Sequence record: SRR31156797_2737
DNA: 35,617 bases
Strand: one strand, 5' to 3'
In this document: one piece after another, positions 1 to 6,787 of the stretch
Layout of the letters: each line of letters starts with the position of its first letter
How positions within the stretch are numbered: position 1 is the first letter of the stretch
Translations under genes and position numbers: made by a program
Notes under the pieces: model-generated
Database searches by the model: none
What the model saw: the letters and a program-made list of their open reading frames with translations, nothing else
Told to the model about the DNA's origin: nothing

Positions 1-70
1 TCTCTACTCAAAACTCTCTACTCAAAACTCCCAACTCAAAACTCTCTACTCAAAACTCCTTACTCAAAAC
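1..70. repeat. Tandem 14-bp (double heptamer) repeat, consensus TCTCTACTCAAAAC, 5 copies, probably truncated by the window edge
   Basis: Units read tctctactcaaaac / tctctactcaaaac / tcccaactcaaaac / tctctactcaaaac / tccttactcaaaac, with ACTCAAAAC invariant. Confidence 0.9.
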
Positions 71-184
71 TGTTACCCTCTAGTATATACTCAGTCTAAA
101 TAATATGTTTTACAAAATAAAACCAATGTAAATAATAGTTAATCAGTGTGTTGTGGTAAATTTTATTTTAGCTTAATAAAAACA

Positions 185-219
185 ATGATATATGTCATAT
201 TTTATTGAGACAAAAATCA
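185..219. promoter_or_regulatory. Putative Crp/Fnr-type operator pair upstream of the hydrogenase operon
   Basis: Imperfect palindrome ATGAT-ATAT-GTCAT (185-198; TGA-N6-TCA) and a degenerate second site AGA-CAAAAA-TCA (208-219) 22 bp downstream. Resembles the FNR box TTGAT-N4-ATCAA. Confidence 0.35.
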
Positions 220-340
220 TGGTATGCACCTCTCATCCATTGTAATTTCGAAGCTCATGCAAATCAATGCTTTGTGAAAAGCTATTTTGCAGCATAAAAC
301 ATAATGTTATTTAGCACAAACTTAACCAAAAGAGAAAGAT

Positions 341-805
341 ATGACAGACATTCAGCAACTTGTTGGAGAGCTTGTAAAGAAACACGGAAACAAACGTGAA
401 AAGCTTTTACCTATATTACAAGGAGTAATAGAGAAAGAACGCTCACTGAGTGATTATGCGATGGTAGAAATTGCAAAACAAATGGGTATTTCAGCAGCCG
501 ATGTGTATGGTACAGCTACATTTTATTCATTTATGGATACTGAGCCACGCGGTAAGTACATCATTCGTGTGTGTAAAACGATTACTTGCTTCATGAAAGG
601 CAAAAATCAAATTTTATTGGCATTAGAAGATGCATTAAAAATCAAACTTGGTGAAACTACACCTGATAAAAAGTTTACGCTTTTAGAAACTAACTGTTTA
701 GGATGGTGTCACAAAGCGCCTGCAATGCTTATCAATGATGATATTTATATAGATCTTACCATTGAGAAAGTACATGAAATAATTAGTGAATATAAAAACA
801 AGTAG
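341..805 (+). CDS. hydC: [FeFe]-hydrogenase gamma subunit (NuoE-like, thioredoxin-fold [2Fe-2S]; HydC/HndA)
   Basis: NuoE motifs VYGTATFYSF, RVCKTITC and TNCLGWCHKAP (four Cys). First gene of an operon with NuoF-like and HydA genes. Confidence 0.92.
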   Translation: MTDIQQLVGELVKKHGNKREKLLPILQGVIEKERSLSDYAMVEIAKQMGISAADVYGTATFYSFMDTEPRGKYIIRVCKTITCFMKGKNQILLALEDALKIKLGETTPDKKFTLLETNCLGWCHKAPAMLINDDIYIDLTIEKVHEIISEYKNK

Positions 806-825
806 ATAATATAAAATCAAATATT

Positions 826-2007
826 ATGGGTAAAAATATGCTAAAGCGCATCGACCTTATATTTAAGAATGAACATGATACAAATGAAATTCTTACCAAA
901 ATATTTAAGCGTTCAAACGAAGATCTTATCAACGATTTGATTGGTTCTGGTTTGAAGGGTCGTGGTGGCGCCGGATTCCCTACAGGATTAAAATGGAAAC
1001 TAACTTCTGAAGCTAAAGGTGACGAAAAATATGTTATTTGTAATGCTGATGAGGGTGAACCAGGAACATTTAAAGATCGTGAGATATTAACTCAGGTACC
1101 TCATAAAGTATTGACTGGTATGGCGGCATGTGGTCGCATTATCGGTGCTAAAAAAGGATTTATCTATTTACGCGGTGAGTATAATTTCCTAAAACCACAA
1201 TTGAATGAGCATATCGAGAAATTTCATGAAATGCTTGATAAATTAGGTAGCGACTTCCGTATTGAGATTTTCAGCGGTAGTGGTGCTTATATTTGCGGTG
1301 AAGAGAGTTCATTGATGGAATCAATGGAAGGAAAACGTGGCGAGCCTCGTAACAAACCACCTTTCCCAACTGAACATGGTTATTTAGGAAAACCAACTGT
1401 TATTAATAACGTTGAAACACTAGCACACGCATGGACAATCTTCAAGTATGGTCCTAAAAAATTCCAGGAATTAGGAGTACAGGATAGCCGTGGATCTAAA
1501 CTGTTTTCTGTTTCAGGTGATACCCCAATTGCAGGAATTTATGAGTTGGAGCTTGGTATGTCATTGCAAGATTTCGTAGATGATTTTGGTGATGATGATT
1601 GTAAAGCGGTACAGGTTGGTGGAGCATCAGGTTTCTGTGTGCCTCGCAAAAAATTCCGCGAGACAGCTATTGGATATCAGGGTAAACTTACAGGTATCTC
1701 ATTACCTACTGGAGGTTCTATGATGCTTTTCAATAGTTCACGTTCTATGTACAACCTATTGAAAAACTATCTTGAGTTTTTCGAAGAAGAATCATGTGGA
1801 CAATGTACTCCATGTCGCGTGGGTTGTCAACAATTATTAAAAGGTATTGAAGCTGTTAAACGTGGTGAAAAACCTCAACATTATCTTGATAAATTATTGA
1901 GATTAACAGATACCATGAAATTAACAGCCAAGTGTGGACTTGGACAGTCTGTAGCAAACTCATTCTCATCAATCGTTGAGAACTTCCGCGAAGAAATGAT
2001 TTATTAA
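826..2007 (+). CDS. hydB: [FeFe]-hydrogenase beta/diaphorase subunit (NuoF-like FMN/NADH-binding, short form)
   Basis: GLKGRGGAGFPTGLKW, CNADEGEPGTFKDR, GAYICGEE, INNVETL, and [4Fe-4S] ligands ESCGQCTPCRVG...CGLG. Only 393 aa. Confidence 0.92.
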   Translation: MGKNMLKRIDLIFKNEHDTNEILTKIFKRSNEDLINDLIGSGLKGRGGAGFPTGLKWKLTSEAKGDEKYVICNADEGEPGTFKDREILTQVPHKVLTGMAACGRIIGAKKGFIYLRGEYNFLKPQLNEHIEKFHEMLDKLGSDFRIEIFSGSGAYICGEESSLMESMEGKRGEPRNKPPFPTEHGYLGKPTVINNVETLAHAWTIFKYGPKKFQELGVQDSRGSKLFSVSGDTPIAGIYELELGMSLQDFVDDFGDDDCKAVQVGGASGFCVPRKKFRETAIGYQGKLTGISLPTGGSMMLFNSSRSMYNLLKNYLEFFEEESCGQCTPCRVGCQQLLKGIEAVKRGEKPQHYLDKLLRLTDTMKLTAKCGLGQSVANSFSSIVENFREEMIY

Positions 2008-2024
2008 TCCAAAAACATTGAAAT

Positions 2025-3812
2025 ATGTCAAAGATGGTTAATTTAAAAATAAACGGTATAGATGTAAGCGTAGAAGCCGGGTCTACCATTCTTGAAGCCG
2101 CCGAAAAACTAAATATTATTATTCCGGTATTGTGTTACCATAAAGACCTTTGTATTGCAGGTAATTGCCGTGTATGTGTGGTTGAAGTTGTAGGTTCAAA
2201 CAAACTTGTTGCTGCTTGTGCTTCTCCTGTTAGTGAAGGATTGGAAATTAACACCAACAGTTTAATGGTGCGTAACGCAAGGAAAGATATCATTGAATTA
2301 TTGCTTTCTGAGCATAATGCTGATTGTACTAAGTGTTACCGAAATGGTAACTGCGAGTTGCAGGATTTAGCAGCTGAGTATAAAATTACAAATCAAGATT
2401 TTATTGATTTAGCTCACGGTACATATACAATTGATGATTTATCTCCTTCAATTATTAAGGATGATAGTCGTTGTATTCGTTGTCAGCGTTGTGTGCGTAC
2501 TTGTACAGAACTTCAGAGTGTTGGAGCATTATCAGTAGCTCACAAAGGTTCTGAAATGAAGATTTCTACATTCTTTGATCGTGATATCCGTGAAGTAGTT
2601 TGTACAAATTGCGGTCAGTGTGTAATTCACTGCCCAACTGGTGCACTTATCGAAAAAACATATATTGAAAGAGTTTGGGATGCAATTGCTGATCCAAACA
2701 AACACGTTGTAGTTCAAACTGCACCTGCAGTACGTATTGGTTTAGGCGAAGAGCTTGAGCTAAAAGCCGGTAATAGAGTTACAGGAAAAATGGTATCTGC
2801 ATTAAAACGCTTAGGCTTTGATTCAGTATTGGATACAGATTTTACTGCTGACCTTACCATTATGGAGGAGGGTACAGAGTTATTACATCGCCTAAAAGCA
2901 AATTTAGTTGAAGGCGATACTTCTGAGCCATTACCATTAACTACAAGTTGTTCTCCAGGTTGGGTGAAGTTCTTTGAGCATACATTCCCTGATATGTTAG
3001 ATCATATGTCTACTTGTAAATCTCCACAACAAATGTTTGGAGCGTTAGCTAAGACATATTATGCGAAGAAAATTGATGTTGATCCAGAGAACATGGTTTC
3101 AGTTTCAATTATGCCTTGTACAGCGAAAAAATATGAAGCTGATCGTCCTGAAATGCGCGACAGTGGCCATAAAGATGTTGATTTTGTATTGACAACCCGC
3201 GAATTAGCTGTAATGATTAAGCAAGCAGGTATTCAATTCACTGATTTACCAGAAGAAAAATATGATAGCATTATGGGTCAATCAACAGGTGCTGCTGTTA
3301 TTTTTGGTGCTACCGGTGGTGTAATGGAAGCTGCATTGCGTACTGCATATGAGATTGTTACCGGAAGAGAAGTTCCTTTTGAAAATCTAAATATTACTCC
3401 TGTTCGTGGATTAGAAGGCGTTAGAGAAGCTACTGTTAAGATTGAGAAGGTGCTTCCTGAATGGAAATTCCTTGAAGGAGCTGAGCTTAAATGCTGTGTA
3501 GCGCACGGATTGGCAAATGCTCGTAAGGTTATGGAGAAAGTTCAGAAGAAAGAAGTTGAGTATCACTTTATTGAAATCATGGCCTGTCCTGGTGGATGTT
3601 TAGGTGGTGGTGGTCAACCAATTCCAACTAATGACGAGATTCGTAAAAAACGTATGGAAGCTATATATGCAGAAGATGCTGGCATGACAATACGTAAATC
3701 TCATGAGAATCCTGAGGTAGTTCAGATTTATAAAGAATTCTTAGGAGAACCTCTTGGAAAAGAATCGCACAAATTGCTTCACACAGAGTATTTTGAGCGT
3801 CAGAGATATTAA
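2025..3812 (+). CDS. hydA: [FeFe]-hydrogenase catalytic subunit, group A3 type (HydA/HndD)
   Basis: N-terminal [2Fe-2S] (CIAGNCRVC), His-ligated cluster (HNADCTKC...C) and 2x[4Fe-4S] (CIRCQRCVRTC, CTNCGQCVIHC). H-cluster motifs TTSCSPGW, MPCTAKKYE and EIMACPGGCLGGGGQP. C-terminal SHENP...LLHT. Confidence 0.96.
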   Translation: MSKMVNLKINGIDVSVEAGSTILEAAEKLNIIIPVLCYHKDLCIAGNCRVCVVEVVGSNKLVAACASPVSEGLEINTNSLMVRNARKDIIELLLSEHNADCTKCYRNGNCELQDLAAEYKITNQDFIDLAHGTYTIDDLSPSIIKDDSRCIRCQRCVRTCTELQSVGALSVAHKGSEMKISTFFDRDIREVVCTNCGQCVIHCPTGALIEKTYIERVWDAIADPNKHVVVQTAPAVRIGLGEELELKAGNRVTGKMVSALKRLGFDSVLDTDFTADLTIMEEGTELLHRLKANLVEGDTSEPLPLTTSCSPGWVKFFEHTFPDMLDHMSTCKSPQQMFGALAKTYYAKKIDVDPENMVSVSIMPCTAKKYEADRPEMRDSGHKDVDFVLTTRELAVMIKQAGIQFTDLPEEKYDSIMGQSTGAAVIFGATGGVMEAALRTAYEIVTGREVPFENLNITPVRGLEGVREATVKIEKVLPEWKFLEGAELKCCVAHGLANARKVMEKVQKKEVEYHFIEIMACPGGCLGGGGQPIPTNDEIRKKRMEAIYAEDAGMTIRKSHENPEVVQIYKEFLGEPLGKESHKLLHTEYFERQRY

Positions 3813-3874
3813 GAAATATTCAAATTTTTGAATATGCCGAATTAAGCCATCGGTTATTATAGAATGTGAAATGC

Positions 3875-3911
3875 AAAAGCCTGTCGGAGAGATTCTGACA
3901 GGCTTTTCTTT
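3875..3911 (+). terminator. Rho-independent terminator after hydA
   Basis: AAAAGCCTGTCGGA-gagat-TCTGACAGGCTTTT stem followed by a T-rich tail. Confidence 0.85.
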
Positions 3912-4081
3912 ATTAGTATAAGCTTGCTAATAAGGTGGTTGTCGTGAGGCTTCTTAATCGCTAAACGCAAAAAATTAAGAAAGTTCATGTTTTATAACCA
4001 AAATAATGTAATAGGTTCAATTTTTGATATTGAGAAACAAAATTAAAACGATTGATGTTTTTGATATAAACCAATTACCAT

Positions 4082-5443
4082 ATGAGCAAATTAAATAAAG
4101 TAATGAGCGATTCTCCTTTTCTGAGATGGGGTGTATTGATTTTAGTTGGATTTGTCTTATCTGTGAACTATTATTTCTATGATGCCTTTTCAACACTTAA
4201 AGATCTGCTATTAAAAGAATTTAACTTTACGAATACAGACTACGGCCTGTTCGTTTCTTTTTATTCTATTCCTAACACATTCTTATTAATGGCCATTATT
4301 GGTGGTGCTATTTTAGATCGTTTTGGAATTCGTAGAACAGGTTTTCTATTTGTTTTTTTAATGGCATTAGGTGCTTTATTAACCGCTTATGGCGCATCTG
4401 ACTATTACAGTGATGGTGGCATTGGGTATGGTTTAATGTCATCTTTTTTACCCAATTATTCTCCTGAATTAAAAATGATGTTACTTGGGCGATTCTTTTT
4501 TGGCTTAGGAGCTGAAACAAGTATTGTTGTTGTGAGTAAAATTTTGGTTAAGTGGTTTAAAGGTAAAAATCTGGCCTTAGCTTTTGGTTTGAAGGTTGGA
4601 TTCGGTAGGTTAGGAACATTTGCAGCCCTTCAGTTATCTCCAGTAATTGCAGGTGTGGAGGGAACAGGACTTTCAACTGCGATTTGGTTGGCTGCTGTGC
4701 TTGTTTTAATAGGATTATTTGCATTTATGGTTTATATGCTTTTAGATGCTAAGCTTGATAAGCAAATACACTTAACAGAAGAGAAAAAAGTAGCCGATAA
4801 GTTTTCATGGGGAGATATTGGCGTAATTCTTACAAACAGAGCATTCGTCTATATTGTACTGTTGTGTGTAACTTTTTACTCGGCTGTATTCCCATTTGTA
4901 TCTTATGCCCCGGACTTTTTTGCTGATAAATTTGGCTATTCCGCTATCCAAAGTGGGCAGGTTACTTCATTATTGCCTATTGGAACAGCATTTTTTACAC
5001 CATTTTTTGGTTTTATAATTGACCGTTATGGTAGGAGTGCTTCAGCAATGATTATGGGATCATTGATCGTATTGGCAGTTCATTTAACATTTGCATTTAC
5101 AACCTTAAGTCCATATGTGCCGGTTATATTCCTCGGTATTGCATTCTCGCTTGTACCTGCCGCAATGTGGCCAACTATGGTTCGACTTGTGAAAGAAAGT
5201 CGCATTGGTACCGCATATGGTATAATGTATTCGGTGCAGAATCTGGGATTATGGGGAATTCCATTGTTAGCAGGTATTATTTTGGATAAAACTAATCCAG
5301 GAAACCCTGAAGTGGCGGATTATACTATGACTATGATAATGTTTGCCGGATTGGGATTGTTAGGACTTATATTCTCATTATTGCTTAAATTTGACGATAA
5401 ACGTAAAGGATTTGGTGTAGAATTGCCAATGAACAAAAAATAA
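4082..5443 (+). CDS. MFS transporter, MFSD1-like
   Basis: About 12 hydrophobic segments, MFS motif A variants (GAILDRFGIRR, GFIIDRYGR), and motifs YYFYD, GRFFFGLGAE...KWFKGK, MWP...GTAYG...SVQNLG resembling the MFSD1 family. Confidence 0.88.
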   Translation: MSKLNKVMSDSPFLRWGVLILVGFVLSVNYYFYDAFSTLKDLLLKEFNFTNTDYGLFVSFYSIPNTFLLMAIIGGAILDRFGIRRTGFLFVFLMALGALLTAYGASDYYSDGGIGYGLMSSFLPNYSPELKMMLLGRFFFGLGAETSIVVVSKILVKWFKGKNLALAFGLKVGFGRLGTFAALQLSPVIAGVEGTGLSTAIWLAAVLVLIGLFAFMVYMLLDAKLDKQIHLTEEKKVADKFSWGDIGVILTNRAFVYIVLLCVTFYSAVFPFVSYAPDFFADKFGYSAIQSGQVTSLLPIGTAFFTPFFGFIIDRYGRSASAMIMGSLIVLAVHLTFAFTTLSPYVPVIFLGIAFSLVPAAMWPTMVRLVKESRIGTAYGIMYSVQNLGLWGIPLLAGIILDKTNPGNPEVADYTMTMIMFAGLGLLGLIFSLLLKFDDKRKGFGVELPMNKK

Positions 5444-5449
5444 ATAAGC

Positions 5450-5737
5450 ATGAAAACAGAATACCAGCTATTTCATAATGAACTGAATCGTAAATATGAG
5501 TTTCATATTGAAAATCATCGTCCTTATATCGAGTATAAAGTTCGGGATGATGTAATGCATTTGCTTTATGCTAAAGTTCCACCAGCATTGGAAGGTATGG
5601 GTTTGGGGAGAGCATTGGTTTTTGCTGTGATGGAAGAGGTTGAGAGATTAGGATATAAGGTTATTCCGCATTGCGGGTTCATTGCCACTGTGATAAAAAG
5701 AAATGAACGTTTAAAAACATTTTTAAAAGAAGACTGA
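5450..5737 (+). CDS. Small GNAT-family N-acetyltransferase (YjdJ / Acetyltransf_CG-like)
   Basis: 95 aa with VPPALEGMGLGRALV (acetyl-CoA motif) and VIPHCGFI (PxC). Confidence 0.85.
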   Translation: MKTEYQLFHNELNRKYEFHIENHRPYIEYKVRDDVMHLLYAKVPPALEGMGLGRALVFAVMEEVERLGYKVIPHCGFIATVIKRNERLKTFLKED

Positions 5738-6342
5738 TGATAAAAACTCTAAGCGCAACCTTATTACTGTTTTTGATTTCTATGTTTTCTTTATCTGGCC
5801 AGCAAAGTATTGAGACAGATATTGCGAAAATCCGTAAACAGTACCAGTATAATATATCCAATAAATCAACATTTAGTGTAGAAGAAGAGCATTATAACTG
5901 GGAAAAAGATGATTTAATTCCTTCACTTTCAGCTGAAGAAATGGAACATGAATATAATGAGCAAGGAAATTATATTGCCAATAAAAAAACTTATCGAAAT
6001 CAAAAAGGAGAGATTCAGGTGATTGAGATCGATGATGAAACTAATTGGTATCAGGAAGGGAAAACCCGTGAAAGACATCGGGAATATCATTTTTGGGAGG
6101 GTGAAATTTTCTTTTATTTCGAACATAGCTATACAAGCCATTCGAACGATAGTTACGAAAGCAGATCATTTGAAAACAGAATATATATCGTTGATGACCA
6201 AATTATCCGCTGGCTTGGTAAAGAATCTGAAGGTAAACCCGATATGTCTGTTATTTCAAATTACAATATAGAACCTAAAACAGGTTATTTGCACGATTAT
6301 CATTTGTTAGACACATATTCTTCTTTGACGCCTGATTGGTGA
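5737..6342 (+). CDS. Hypothetical secreted protein
   Basis: Sec signal peptide ending SLSG-QQ. Start overlaps the GNAT stop (TGATG). A paralogous fragment downstream supports coding status. Confidence 0.75.
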   Translation: MIKTLSATLLLFLISMFSLSGQQSIETDIAKIRKQYQYNISNKSTFSVEEEHYNWEKDDLIPSLSAEEMEHEYNEQGNYIANKKTYRNQKGEIQVIEIDDETNWYQEGKTRERHREYHFWEGEIFFYFEHSYTSHSNDSYESRSFENRIYIVDDQIIRWLGKESEGKPDMSVISNYNIEPKTGYLHDYHLLDTYSSLTPDW

Positions 6343-6494
6343 TCAAATAGGTTTAAGGCTGTATTTTTGATGATCTTAAGCTTTATATAATGCAATTAAT
6401 TTGATGCTAGAAAATAGCAAAACAAAGTGTTTTATATTTGTTGATGCACAGACTTTTATTTAATTAATTGCGTTACTAATAGAAAAAGAAAATA

Positions 6495-6749
6495 AATTTT
6501 CAGAATAGTGAACTTTTCTTTTACTTTGAATAAACAAGTGAATGTTCTCAGGTAGAGAATTCTGAACGAACAGCCTTTGAAATAAAAATTTATATAAAAG
6601 ATGATCAGATAATCAGGTGGTTGAGAAAGGAAAGCTCAGGTAACCAATCTTTAGATAAAATTCCGAATAGTTCGATTACACCAAGCACGGGTTACTTGCT
6701 CGATTATGATCTTTTAGACAGCTACAATATTTTATCACCTGATTGGTAA
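6495..6749 (+). pseudogene. Degraded paralogue of the C-terminal part of the 5737-6342 gene
   Basis: Manual translation NFQNSELFFYFE*TSECSQVENSERTAFEIKIYIKDDQIIRWLRKESSGNQSLDKIPNSSITPSTGYLLDYDLLDSYNILSPDW* aligns without gaps to the last 84 aa of the upstream protein (43/84 identical by hand count). In-frame TAA at 6531-6533; no start codon seen. Confidence 0.88.
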
Positions 6750-6783
6750 AGAAAAGAGGTTGCGACGGCAACCTCTTTTTTTA
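6748..6783. terminator. Bidirectional intrinsic terminator between convergent units
   Basis: AAAAGAGGTTGC-gacg-GCAACCTCTTTT, flanked by A and T tracts. Confidence 0.88.
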
Positions 6784-6787
6784 GTTT

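Noticed and set aside
1-70. Tandem repeats as a CRISPR array
   Set aside because: The units are 14 bp and abut directly with no unique spacers; no cas genes are in the window.
272-289. Rex operator upstream of the hydrogenase (TTGTGAA...)
   Set aside because: Only one half-site is present; the downstream half does not match TTCACAA.
341-2007. Respiratory complex I nuoE/nuoF
   Set aside because: The genes are followed by an H-cluster-containing HydA and no other nuo genes, so they are hydrogenase subunits.
3951-3981. Inverted repeat TTCTTAAT-N15-ATTAAGAA upstream of the MFS gene
   Set aside because: Short AT-rich arms are expected by chance in this composition, and no regulator gene is nearby.
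6610-6745. Structured ncRNA closed by AATCAGGTG...CACCTGATT
   Set aside because: The region is better explained as a protein-coding paralogue remnant; both arms fall in conserved codons (IIRW and SPDW).
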